A DNA stretch of 64,000 nt from contig JAUCBJ010009154.1 in assembly GCA_032718475.1 (NCBI GenBank), forward strand, positions 1 to 64,000. Direction: 5' to 3'. Of this stretch, positions 52,165 to 64,000 are shown in pieces. Source of the stretch: Nemertoderma westbladi (Eukaryota > Animalia > Xenacoelomorpha). Numbering within the stretch: position 1 is the first letter of the stretch; each line of letters begins with the position of its first letter. The notes under the pieces were generated by a model. The model had not been told where the DNA came from. It worked only from the letters and a program-made list of their open reading frames with translations, and did not search any database. Position numbers and translations under genes: made by a program.

Positions 52165-52683
52165 GTGGGGCGAGCCACGAAGTTGGCGGAGCCTTAGCGA
52201 ATTGACACTGTTAGGGGGTGGGTCAATTTATGCAAATAGTTGTCGTCGTCGTCGTCGTCGTCGTTGTCGTCGTCGTCGTTGTCGTCGTCGTCGTTGTCGT
52301 CGTCGTTACGATTTTGACATGCTAATAACTTTGTCGGATTTAAAGCTGCCAAGTTGAAAATTTGTAGGTATCAATATGAGCAAAAGTTGAGATTTTTGAG
52401 AGACTTTCAGACACCATCAGTGCAATGGTCTCCCGCTAGAGGGCCACATGTCTAAACATTAAATGCCCTCCCATTTCTTTGCTTTTAATCCGTTTAAGCT
52501 GAAACTTGGCAGATATGTATTAGACCATTAGCTGTGACTTTCAAGGGAGGCGAATCCATCTGCAGTTCTCCAGTCTGCCGCTAGAGGGCCAACGTGACTA
52601 TTTGCATAAATTGACCTACCCCCTAACAGTGTCAATTCGCTAAGGCTCTGCCAACTTCGTGCTGCGCGAAGTCCCCACTTCGT
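52165..52683 (+). mobile_element. Helentron/DINE-like non-autonomous element, short copy with foldback end
   Basis: 5' gtggggcgagccacgaagt, (GTC)n microsatellite, ~146-bp internal monomers, 3' cgtgctgcgcgaag.ccccacttcgt; inserted without a clear TSD at ggtt|gtagt of the satellite. Confidence 0.65.
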
Positions 52684-52919
52684 GTAGTCGTTATGTGTGC
52701 AGAATTGCAGTGGTTATCTTTAATAATAACTTTTCTATCTTTGTTGGTTGTAGTCGTTATGTGTGCAGAATTGCAGTGGTTATCTTTAATAATAACTTTT
52801 CTATCTTGTTGGTTGTGGGGCGAGCCACGAAGTTGGCGGAGCCTTAGCGAATTGACACTGTTAGGGGGTGGGTCAATTTATGCAAATAGTTGTCGTCGTC
52901 GTCGTCGTCGTCGTTGTCG

Positions 52920-52951
<32 letters not shown>

Positions 52952-54275
52952 GTCGTTACGATTTTGACATGCTAATAACTTTGTCGGATTTAAAGCTGCC
53001 AAGTTGAAAATTTGTAGGTATCAATATGAGGAAAAGTTGAGATTTTTGAGAGACTTTCAGACACCATCAGTGCAATGGTCTCCCGCTAGAGGGCCACATG
53101 TCTAAACATTAAATGGCCACCCATTTCTTTGCTTTTAATCCGTTTAAGCTGAAACTTGGGAAGTATGTACTAGACCATTAGCTGTAAATTTCAAAGGAGG
53201 CTAATCTGTCTGCAGTTCTCCAGTCTGCCGCTAGAGGGCGAAATGTCCCGAATGTGAAATTATTCTTCCATTTAGTTGTTTATGATCTGATTAAGCTGAA
53301 ACTTGTCATATATGTACTAGATGACATCCTGAGTCTTTGTGTGGATTGTAATCGGTCCGAAGTTTTCCAGTCTCCCGCTAGAGGGCCACATGTCTAAACA
53401 TTAAATGGCCACCCATTTCTTTGCTTTTAATCCGTTTAAGCTGAAACTTGGGAAGTATGTACTAGACCATTAGCTGTAAATTTCAAAGGAGGCTAATCTG
53501 TCTGCAGTTCTCCAGTCTGCCGCTAGAGGGCGAAATGTCCCGAATGTGAAATTATTCTTCCATTTAGTTGTTTATGATCTGATTACGCTGAAACTTGTCA
53601 TATATGTACTAGATGACATCCTGAGTCTTTGTGTGGATTGTAATCGGTCCGAAGTTTTCCAGTCTCCCGCTAGAGGGCCACATGTCTAAACATTAAATGG
53701 CCACCCATTTCTTTGCTTTTAATCCGTTTAAGCTGAAACTTGGGAAGTATGTACTAGACCATTAGCTGTAAATTTCAAAGGAGGCTAATCTGTCTGCAGT
53801 TCTCCAGTCTGCCGCTAGAGGGCGAAATGTCCCGAATGTGAAATTATTCTTCCATTTAGTTGTTTATGATCTGATTACGCTGAAACTTGTCATATATGTA
53901 CTAGAAGACATCCTAAGTCTTTGTGTGGACAGTAATCGGTCCGGAGTTTTCGAGTCTGCCGCTAGAGGGCGAAATGTAGGAAAGTGATAACCTTCGCGAA
54001 TTCCTTGATCTTAATCTATTTAAGCTGAATTTTGGAATATACAGTACCGGTATTTACTAGACCACATGCCTCGTCTTTGTGAGGAAGGTGATCGATCCGT
54101 AGTTCTTTAATATGCCGCTAGAGGGCTAAATGTATGAAAGTGAAAACCTTCCAACATTTCGTTATTTATGATCCGTCAATCGGAAACTTGGTAGATATGT
54201 AATAGACCATAGGCTGTGGCTTTGTAGGGAAACTAATCCTTCCTTCTTCAGTTACCCAGTCTCCCGCTAGAGGGT
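52433..54275 (+). promoter_or_regulatory. Array of 11 same-orientation CTCF-like motifs
   Basis: CCGCTAGAGGGC at 52433, 52578, 53083, 53228, 53375, 53520, 53667, 53812, 53959, 54115 and CCGCTAGAGGGT at 54264; TGCAGTTCT upstream module 17 bp before the cores at 52578, 53228, 53520 and 53812. Confidence 0.6.
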
Positions 54276-54376
54276 TAACGTTTTCCGGGAAAATCTTCTC
54301 CTATGTTTTTATAATCCTTTCGAGTTGATACTTAGCATTAACTCATTTCACGTGCTGCGCGAAGGCCCCACTTCGT
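52815..54376 (+). mobile_element. Helentron/DINE-like non-autonomous element, long copy with a central array of ~146-bp monomers
   Basis: Same termini and microsatellite as copy 1; ~9-10 monomers carrying taagctgaaacttg and ccgctagagggc. Confidence 0.7.
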
Positions 54377-55402
54377 GTAGTCGTTATGTGTGCAGAATTG
54401 CAGTGGTTATCTTTAATAATAACTTTTCTATCTTTGTTGGTTGTAGTCGTTATGTGTGCAGAATTGCAGTGGTTATCTTTAATAATAACTTTTCTATCTT
54501 TGTTGGTTGTAGTCGTTATGTGTGCAGAATTGCAGTGGTTATCTTTAATAATAACTTTTCTATCTTGTTGGTTGTAGTCGTTATGTGTGCAGAATTGCAG
54601 TGGTTATCTTTAATAATAACTTTTCTATCTTTGTTGGTTGTAGTCGTTATGTGTGCAGAATTGCAGTGGTTATCTTTAATAATAACTTTTCTATCTTTGT
54701 TGGTTGTAGTCGTTATGTGTGCAGAATTGCAGTGGTTATCTTTAATAATAACTTTTCTATCTTTGTTGGTTGTAGTCGTTATGTGTGCAGAATTGCAGTG
54801 GTTATCTTTAATAATAACTTTTCTATCTTTGTTGGTTGTAGTCGTTATGTGTGCAGAATTGCAGTGGTTATCTTTAATAATAACTTTTCTATCTTTGTTG
54901 GTTGTAGTCGTTATGTGTGCAGAATTGCAGTGGTTATCTTTAATAATAACTTTTCTATCTTTGTTGGTTGTAGTCGTTATGTGTGCAGAATTGCAGTGGT
55001 TATCTTTAATAATAACTTTTCTATCTTTGTTGGTTGTAGTCGTTATGTGTGCAGAATTGCAGTGGTTATCTTTAATAATAACTTTTCTATCTTTGTTGGT
55101 TGTAGTCGTTATGTGTGCAGAATTGCAGTGGTTATCTTTAATAATAACTTTTCTATCTTTGTTGGTTGTAGTCGTTATGTGTGCAGAATTGCAGTGGTTA
55201 TCTTTAATAATAACTTTTCTATCTTTGTTGGTTGTAGTCGTTATGTGTGCAGAATTGCAGTGGTTATCTTTAATAATAACTTTTCTATCTTTGTTGGTTG
55301 TAGTCGTTATGTGTGCAGAATTGCAGTGGTTATCTTTAATAATAACTTTTCTATCTTTGTTGGTTGTAGTCGTTATGTGTGCAGAATTGCAGTGGTTATC
55401 TT

Positions 55403-55502
55403 NNNNNNNNNNNNNNNNNNNNNNNNNNNNNNNNNNNNNNNNNNNNNNNNNNNNNNNNNNNNNNNNNNNNNNNNNNNNNNNNNNNNNNNNNNNNNNNNNN
55501 NN
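55403..55502. other. Assembly gap (100 N)
   Basis: Run of n. Confidence 1.
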
Positions 55503-56046
55503 GTAGTCGTTAACTTTCTCCGTTACTCTTCAGTCTCTTAATCTCTGATGTGCCGGTCACTATCATTGGCGGATAAGGATTGTACGCAATAAAAATTCAT
55601 CCCTCACTAGGGGAAATTCGACGCAAATAACAGCTGATTACTCTCAAATATAAAACTGTAACCTGTTCTATTGTGTTTAGTTTATTTTTCTGGTTAAAAT
55701 AACGTGCCATTGTAACCTGCTCCTTTCCATGCGACATTCCTGCTACATTGAGGCGGGATATTGATTCGCCAAGGCGGGATTTGTGTCCCCCCCCCCCCCA
55801 TGTCTCGTCATTGGACTGCGGATTTATGTGGATTTACGGAAAATCCATCGAATCAGTTCAAAACGCTTTTAATTAATTATCGAACTCCTTTAGTAAAGAG
55901 AACTGCCTTGACGTTAATTTGAGAAATACCAAGGCAAAGTAGTTTCGCAAAGGAGGTGGATGTTGTTTTATTTTATTTTATGTTTTGTTTTGTTGGCCAA
56001 CCTCAGCCAACAGTTTAGTGAACAGTTTATGATACCCATAGGCGTT

Positions 56047-56545
56047 GTGGGGCGAGCCACGAAGTGAGCGAAGCCTTAGCATATGGGCGGGTACCATTAA
56101 CGAGTTGTCTGTCATTGTCATCTGTCGTCGTCTAATTTTTGTCTTTTGAGCGCAATAACCCAGTCGTTCCTTAATGAAATTAAACCATATTGTGCACATA
56201 TGTTATCCGTCTAAAGTTTGGAAAGAATCTGAAGTTTGGTTGAAAATCGAAGTCTTTCTTCAGTCGGTACCGTACCGGTAGTTTCAGACCTTTGATAAAA
56301 AAAATCCCAAAATAAGTCTCTCATTCATTGATGAAATTATACCTAACTTTGTAAACATGTGATCTGTGAAAGCTTTAGATAGTCTGTCAGACAGTTCAGA
56401 TAATCAGACAGTCTGTCATATCTGTACCGGTTGATTCAGACTTTTGATAAAAACCGAATTAAGTCGGTCAATCATTAAGGAAATTAAACCACACTTGGAA
56501 GTTGGAACACATGCAGTCTCGTGCTGCGCGAAAGCCCCACGAACG
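56047..56545 (+). mobile_element. Related Helentron/DINE-like element (different subfamily, no CTCF-like motif)
   Basis: 5' gtggggcgagccacgaagtgagcgaagccttagc, short (tgtc/gtc) tract, degenerate internal repeats with atgaaatta.acc, 3' cgtgctgcgcgaaagccccac. Confidence 0.6.
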
Positions 56546-57436
56546 TTTTCTTACTACAAAAACTCCTCTTCTCTCGTCTAGTCACTACACTCGTCTTCAC
56601 AACCGGTGGATTGCATCCAAGTTTAATCTCTCTAGCTGCAACTAATAAGTTGGTATCTGCCGTATGCAGAGACCACACGATCCGCCACTGCCTATAGATG
56701 CTCCGTTTTCCCGTGCGGCGTAATGAAATACGCCACTACATCGAGATTTCGAGAGGCCATTGATAATCCAGAAAGTTCTCCGTTAGACCTATGAGCTCTG
56801 ACTAAATGGAGACGCCGGTCCCCCCCCACAGTATATTTCGAATGGCTATCAACACAAACTGAGCAGCACTCACAAGTGCTGACGTCATAACTCTGCCTGT
56901 ATTAGTTGTTTATGCTGCCAGCCCAAGTCTGATGTGTCCCATGCTATAACATGCACACAAATTCAAACACTATCTAATATAAATATCTTACAGTCTTTCG
57001 ATTAACCCCACCTGCATTTTTCATCTGTTTGTTTTTAAACTTGATTTTATTCATTTTAATTTATATTGCAATTCTAAACAATCCATTGGATTTGTTAAAT
57101 ATGTATTTGCATAGATGAATACATTTTTTATTTCTCATTATTAAGTGTTTTATAGCGCTTATTTCTTCCTTATAGCCTAGGTGCAGATACAAATTCGTTT
57201 ATTGTTTTGGTTGGATGCAGCCCTTTTGTAACCTGGATTTTAGGGAAAACCTGGTTTCTTCATATGGAGGTTACTGCAAAATGAAATATACCAGCAGAAA
57301 TCTTGTAAACTTCACGGGCCTTTTGTTTAATATTTACTAAATATCGTGTATTCTAGAACGTTACGATACGTTTACATTACAGTATTGTACATAAGGTTCG
57401 GTTGAAATAATTTAGTATAATAAATATTGACCATCA

Positions 57437-57520
57437 GCCGATTGGTCTAGTGGAGACGTCGGACGGACGGGCGGACGGACGGACGGGCTTCCAATCAGGA
57501 ATCCCAAGTTCAACTCCTGT
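57437..57520 (+). mobile_element. Possible tRNA-derived SINE head
   Basis: A-box-like TGGTCTAGTGG and B-box-like GTTCAACTCC separated by a (GGAC)n expansion; not a foldable tRNA. Confidence 0.4.
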
Positions 57521-57849
57521 ACAGAGCTGCATTGTTTGGCACAGTGAGGCTTCAAATGCTGTAGCCTAGCTACACTAAATTGAATTAATATAGGAACTAC
57601 AAGATAAATCAAAGGAAATAAAGAACAAATATGTGAGGATCAATAAAATGCCTACGAATGTTGATGTACTATAATTGATTCATTATACTGGTTAAGTAGA
57701 GCCACCTGAGACCATTAGTATAGGCATAATGCATAGCCATTCTTTACACTTCCGTGCCTTTATTCCGCAACTGTTCTACTAGCATATGGCACTATATTAT
57801 TATTGTTTGATCTCCATTACACCATGTCCTGCAATATAGTGTCGTTATT

Positions 57850-58420
57850 GAAGTGCCACATGCTAAAGTGGCACAATTATGGAACAGTGGGATTTGAGAC
57901 TATTTTCAATCGTATCAGCACCCTTGAAATCCTGTAAATAATGAAAATTGTCAATTTCTATGTACCGATCCTAGTAGTAGTCAATTTCTATATCGCATTA
58001 AATATATTTGTATCATGTGCTGAGTGCCGCAAACATGTGCCACATGCTAAAGTGGCGCGCCTGAGTGACAGCGAAATTTGAAACTATTTGAAATCGAATC
58101 AGCACCCTCGAAAACCTCTAAATACTGAAAATTATCAATTTCTGACTATCACTAGTAAGTTTCATATTTTGTGCCATATGCCGCAAACATGTGCCACGTG
58201 CCTAAGTTGCTAATCTGTGCCACCATGGAATTGGAAACTATTTGCAATCGCATCAGCACTCTGGGAAACTCATGAGAACCAAAAGATGCGGCATTCTGGC
58301 ATTGTTTATCATATTTCCCAAATATGCTAATTTTGGCACGTGCCAAGAAATGGCACAACGCCAAACATTGATAACTCGAAACCCTTCCCAAACGATTCAG
58401 AACACTTGAAAACCCGTATT
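57850..58420. repeat. Degenerate tandem repeat of ~150-185 bp units
   Basis: Recurrent gtgccacatgctaaagtggc ... actattt..aatcg.atcagcacc.t.gaaa blocks. Confidence 0.6.
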
Positions 58421-58924
58421 GGAGAAAAATTGTTCTTAAAACATGAACACTTTCCGAATTAATGCATTTTGGCCACAAAACATGGTTTCTGACCCACTGT
58501 GGGGTGGTGGGCGTGGTACATTGTTACATTGTCACATTGTCACATGCCAATCATGAATCTTCTATGTCAACCCGCCCCTCCCCTTCCACTCTTTTAAGTG
58601 CCCTTGAGACTTTCTATTCCATTAGCCTAATCAATTCCCGTATTGAGTTAATGATTTCTGTATTATAATTAGTTCTTAAATCGTTGTTCAGATGATAGTT
58701 GTCAACTTCTTCCTCAAGGTCAATTGAGGTAAGTACGAGGTCAATTAGGTTAACAAACCAGCAGGTTACAGAGGCGGGTTGAAAGGAACCAAAACAATAA
58801 ACCAGAGATAGAAAACATAATATTGTTGAGAATCAACAGTATAGTACAATCAGCAATATAATTGTCCCATTCCCTATAAAGCCGTAATTTAGATTTAATC
58901 TTTAAATTACTTTACTGGTATACC

Positions 58925-61900
58925 ACCCGCTGTAAAAACAATTCTCACCCACGATAAAAACAATTCTCACCCGCCGTAAAAACAATTCTCACCCGCGATG
59001 AAAACAATTCCCACCCGCCGTAAAAATAACTCTCACCCGCGATAAAAACAATTCTCACTCGCGATAAAAACAATTCTCACCCGCGATAAAAACTATTCTC
59101 ACTCGCGATAAAAACAATTCTCACCCGCCATAAAAAAAATTCTCACCCAGCGTAAAAACAATTCTCACCCACCGTAAAAACAATTCTCACCCTCTGTAAA
59201 AACAATTCCCGCCCGCCATAAAAACAATTCTCATCCACCGTAAATACAATTCTCACCCACCGCAAAAACAATTCTCACCCACCTTAAAAACAATTCTCAC
59301 CCTCCGTAAAAACAATTCTCACCTGCCATTCTCATACGCTGTAAAAACAATTCTCACCCACCGTAAAAACAATTATCATCCACTGTAAAAACAATTCTCA
59401 TCCATCATAAAAACAATTCTCACCCACCATAAAATAAATTCTTACCCACCGTAAAAACAATTCTTACCCCCGTAAAAACAATTCCCATCCACTGTAAAAG
59501 CAATTCTCACCTGCAGTAAAAACAATTCTCACCCGCCGTAAAAACAATTCCCATCCACCATAAAAACAATTCTTACCCATCCTAAAAAACAATTATCACC
59601 CTCCGTAAAAACAATTCTCACCCATCGTAAAAACAATTCTCACCCACCATAAAATAAATTCTTACCCACCGTAAAAACAATTCTTACCCCCGTAAAAACA
59701 ATTCCCATCCACTGTAAAAGCAATTCTCACCTGCAGTAAAAACAATTCTCACCCGCCGTAAAAACAATTCCCATCCACCATAAAAACAATTCTTACCCAT
59801 CCTAAAAAACAATTCTCACCCGCAATAAAAACAATTCTCATCCATGATAAAAACTATTCTCACCCGTGATAAAAACAATTCACATCCGCTGTAAAAACAA
59901 TTATCATCCGCGATAAAAACAATTCTCACCTGCTGTAAAAACAATTATCATCAAACGTAAAAACAATTCCCACCCGCCGTAAAAACAATTCCCACCCGCC
60001 ATAAAAACAATTCTCATCCACCGTAAAAACAATTCTCACCCACCGTAAAAACAATTCTCATCCACCATAAAAACAATTCTCACCCATCGTAAAAACAATT
60101 CTCACCCACCGTAAAAACAAGTATCACCTGCTGTAAAAACAATTCTCATTCATCGTAAAAACAATTCTCACCCGTCGTAAAAATAATTCTCACCCACCGT
60201 AAAAACAATTCTCACCCGCCACAAAAGCAATTCTTACCCACCGTAAAAACAATTTGCATCCACCGTAAAAATAATTCTCACCCACCGTAAAAACAATTCC
60301 CACCCACTGTAAAAGCAATTCTCACCCATCGTAAAAACAATTCTCACCCACGTATAAACAATTATCACCCACTGTAAAAACCATTATCATCCATTGTAAA
60401 AACAATTATCACCCGCCGTAAAAACAATTCTCATCCACTGTAAAAACAATTCTCATCCACCGTAAAAACAATTCTCACCCTCTGTAAAAACAATTCCCAC
60501 CCGCCATAAAAACAATTCTCATCCACCGTAAATACAATTCTCACCCACCGCAAAAACAATTCTCACCCACCTTAAAAACAATTCTCACCCTCCGTAAAAA
60601 CAATTCTCACCTGCCATTCTCATACGCTGTAAAAACAATTCTCACCCACCGTAAAAACAATTATCATCCACCGTAAAAACAATTATCACCCTCCGTAAAA
60701 ACAATTCTCATCCGCCATAAAAGCAATTCTTACCCGCCGTAAAAACAATTCTCACCCACCATAAAATAAATTCTTACCCACCGTAAAAACAATTCTTACC
60801 CCCGTAAAAACAATTCCCATCCACTGTAAAAGCCATTCTCACCTGCAGTAAAAACAATTCTCACCCGCCGTAAAAACAATTCCCATCCACCATAAAAACA
60901 ATTCTTACCCATCCTAAAAAACAATTCTCACCCGTGATAAAAACAATTCACACCCGCTGTAAAAACAATTATCATCCGCGATAAAAACAATTCTCACCTG
61001 CCGTTAAAACAATTATCATCAAACGTAAAAACAATTCCCACCCGCCGTAAAAACAATTCTCACTCACCGTAAAAACAATTATCATCCACCGTAAAAACAA
61101 TTCTCACCCATCGTAAAAACAATTATCACCATCTGTAAAAACAATTCCCACCCGCCATAAAAACAATTCTCATCCACCGTAAAAACAATTCTCACCCACC
61201 GTAAAAACAATTATCACCCACCATAAAAACAATTCTCATCCATTGTAAAAACTATTCTCACCCACCGTAAAAACAATTCTCACCCGCCACAAAAGCAATT
61301 CTTACCCACCATAAAAACTATTCTCACCCACCGTAAAAACAATTCTCACCCGCCACAAAAGCAATTCTTACCCACCGTAAAAACAATTCTCACCCACCGT
61401 AAAAACAATTCTCATCCACCATAAAAACAATTCTCACCTATCGTAAAAACTATTCTCACCCACCGTAAAAACAAGTATCACCTGCTGTAAAAACAATTAT
61501 CATCCATCGTAAAAACAATTCTCACCCGCCGTAAAAACAATTCTCACCCGCCACAAAAGCAATTCTTACCCACCGTAAAAACAATTCTCACCCACCGTAA
61601 AAACAATTCTCACCCACCATAAAAACAATTCTCACCTATCGTAAAAACTATTCTCACCCACCGTAAAAACAAGTATCACCTGCTGTAAAAACAATTATCA
61701 TCCATCGTAAAAACAATTCTCACCCGCCGTAAAAATAATTCTCACCCACCGTAAAAACAATTCTCACCCGCCACAAAATCAATTCTTACCCACCGTAAAA
61801 ACAATTCGCATCCACCGTAAAAATAATTCTCACCCACCGTAAAAACAATTCCCACCCACTGTAAAAGCAAATCTCACCCATCGTAAAAACAATTCTCACC

Positions 61901-64000
61901 CACGTATAAACAATTATCACCCACTGTAAAAACCATTATCATCCATTGTAAAAGCAATTCTTACCCACCGTAAAAACAATTCTTACTCCGTAAAAATAAT
62001 TCTCACCCACCCTAAAAACAATTCTCACCTGCCATAAAAGCAATTCTTACCTGCTGTAAAAACAATTCTCACCCGCCATAAAAGCAATTCTTGCCTGTTG
62101 TAAAAACAATTCTTACCCCTGTAAAAATAATTCTCACCCACCCTAAAAACAATCTCACCCTCTGTAAAAACGATTCTCACCCACCCTAACAAACAATTCT
62201 CACCCACCCTAAAAAAAACAATTCCCACCCACTGTAAAAACAATTCTCATCCACTGTAAAAGCAATTCTCACCCGCATTAAATACAATTCTCACCTGTCG
62301 TAAAAACAATTCTTACCCGCCATAAAAACAATTCTCACCCACCATAAAAACAATTCTCACCCACCATAAAAGCAATTCTTACCCACCCTAAAAAACAATT
62401 CTCACCTGCCATAAAAGCAATTCTCACCCACCCTAAAAAACAATTCTCACCCGCCGTATAAACAATTCGCATCCACTGCAAAAGCAATGCTCACCCGACC
62501 CGCAGTAAATACAATTCTCACCTGTCGTAAAAACAATTATCATCCACCGTAAAAACAATTCTCACCCACCCTAACAAACAATTCACACCCACCCTAAAAA
62601 AACAATTCTCACCTGCAGTAAATACAATTCTCATCTGTCGTAAAAACAATTATCATCCACTGTAAAAGCAATTCTCACTTACCCTAACAAACAATTCTCA
62701 CCAACCCTTAAAAACAATCTCACCCGCCGTAAAAACAATTCTCACCCACCACAAAAGCAATTCTCACCCACCACAAAAGCAATTCTCATCCACCCTAACA
62801 AACAATTCTCATCCGCGGATAAAACAATTCTCATCCGCCCTAAAAACAATTCTCACCCACCGTAAAAACAATTATCATCCACCGCAAGAACAATTCTCAT
62901 CCATCCTAAAAACAATTCTCACCCGCAGTAAAAACAATTCTCACCCACCGTAAAAGCAATTCTTACCCACCGCAAAAGCAATTCTTACCCCTGTAAAAAT
63001 AATTCTCACCCACCGTAAAAGCAATTCATACCCACCGCAAAAGCAATTCTTACCCCTGTAAAAATAATTCTCACCCACCCTAAAAACAATTCCCACCCGC
63101 TGTAAAAATAATTCTCACCCGCCGGTAAAAACAATTCTCACCTGTCGTAAAAACAATTCTCATCCACCGTAAAAACAATTCTCACCCACCCTAACAAACA
63201 ATTCTCACCCACCCTAAAAAACAATTCTCACCCGCCATAAAAAACAATTCTTACCCACCATAAAAGCAATTCTTACCCACCCTAAAAAACAATTCTCACC
63301 CGCCATAAAAGCAATTTTTACCCTCTATAAAAACAATTCTTACCCCCGTAAAAATAATTCTCACCCACCCTAACAAACAATTCTCACCCACCCTAACAAA
63401 CAATTCTCACCCGCCGTAAAAACTATTCTCATCCACCTTAAAAAACAATACCCACCTGCTGTAAAAACAATTCTCACCCACCCTAAAAAACAATTCTCAC
63501 CCGTCGTAAAAACAATTCTTACCCCCGTAAAAGTAATTCTCACCCACCCCAAAAACAATTATCACCCACCGTAAAAACAATTCTCACCCACCCTAACAAA
63601 CAATTCTCACCCGCCGTAAAAACAATTATCACCCGCCGTTAAAACAATTCTTACCCCCGTAAAAGTAATTCCCACCCACCCTAAAAACAATTATCACCCA
63701 CCGTAAAAACAATTCTCACCCACCCTAACAAACAATTCTCACCCGCCGTAAAAACAATTCTCACCCACCCTAAAAAAAACAATTCTCACCCACCCCAACA
63801 AACAATTCTCACCCGCCGCAAAAACAATTCTCATCCACCGTAAACACAATTCTCACCCGCCGTAAAAACAATTCTCACCCACCCTAACAAACAATTCTCA
63901 CCCACCCTAAAAAACAATTCTCACCCGCCATAAAAAACAATTCTTACCCACCATAAAAGCAATTCTTACCCACCCTAAAAAACAATTCTCACCCGCCATA
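58925..64000. repeat. Degenerate 22-bp minisatellite, >5 kb, runs off the window end
   Basis: taaaaacaattctcacccaccg in tandem with a variable 3' part. Confidence 0.97.

Larger units (their letters stand above)
47004..55402. repeat. Highly homogeneous 66-bp satellite (~95 visible copies), interrupted by two insertions and ending in an assembly gap
   Basis: ttttctatctttgttggttgtagtcgttatgtgtgcagaattgcagtggttatctttaataataac in tandem. Confidence 0.98.

Noticed and set aside
46969-55541. Long hydrophobic or Cys-containing ORFs (up to 567 aa) on both strands
   Set aside because: They are translations of the 66-bp satellite, whose unit is a multiple of 3 and stop-free in several frames; frames switch at single-base indels
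57437-57520. Functional tRNA gene
   Set aside because: A/B boxes are present but a microsatellite replaces the anticodon arm; at best a SINE relic

Overview
AT-rich, repeat-dense eukaryotic (animal, most likely bilaterian invertebrate) genomic DNA with one 100-N gap (55403-55502). Host genes: the 3' exons of an ammonium transporter (Amt), an intronless OSER1 homologue (- strand), an intronless NFE2L1/Nrf1-like bZIP gene (+ strand) with a coding minisatellite and no CNC module, and a multi-exon DOK7-like PH-PTB adaptor that includes an 18-nt microexon. Mobile DNA: RTE LINE fragments, two solo LTRs with 5-bp TSDs, nested MITEs (one hAT-type), a 3.5-kb non-autonomous CACTA/EnSpm-type element, an internally deleted P-superfamily element and a 5'-truncated, near-intact CR1-type LINE. 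The right half is dominated by tandem arrays (29, 45, 16, 32, 66 and 22 bp units). The most striking observation is a Helentron/DINE-like non-autonomous element inserted in the 66-bp satellite. Its ~146-bp internal monomers have diverged, yet they carry 11 same-orientation copies of a CTCF-like core (CCGCTAGAGGGC), several with the CTCF upstream module at the expected spacing. A second observation is that gene 5' flanks are packed with TA-bracketed micro-motifs resembling transposon excision footprints. All family assignments come from motif recall, not database searches.
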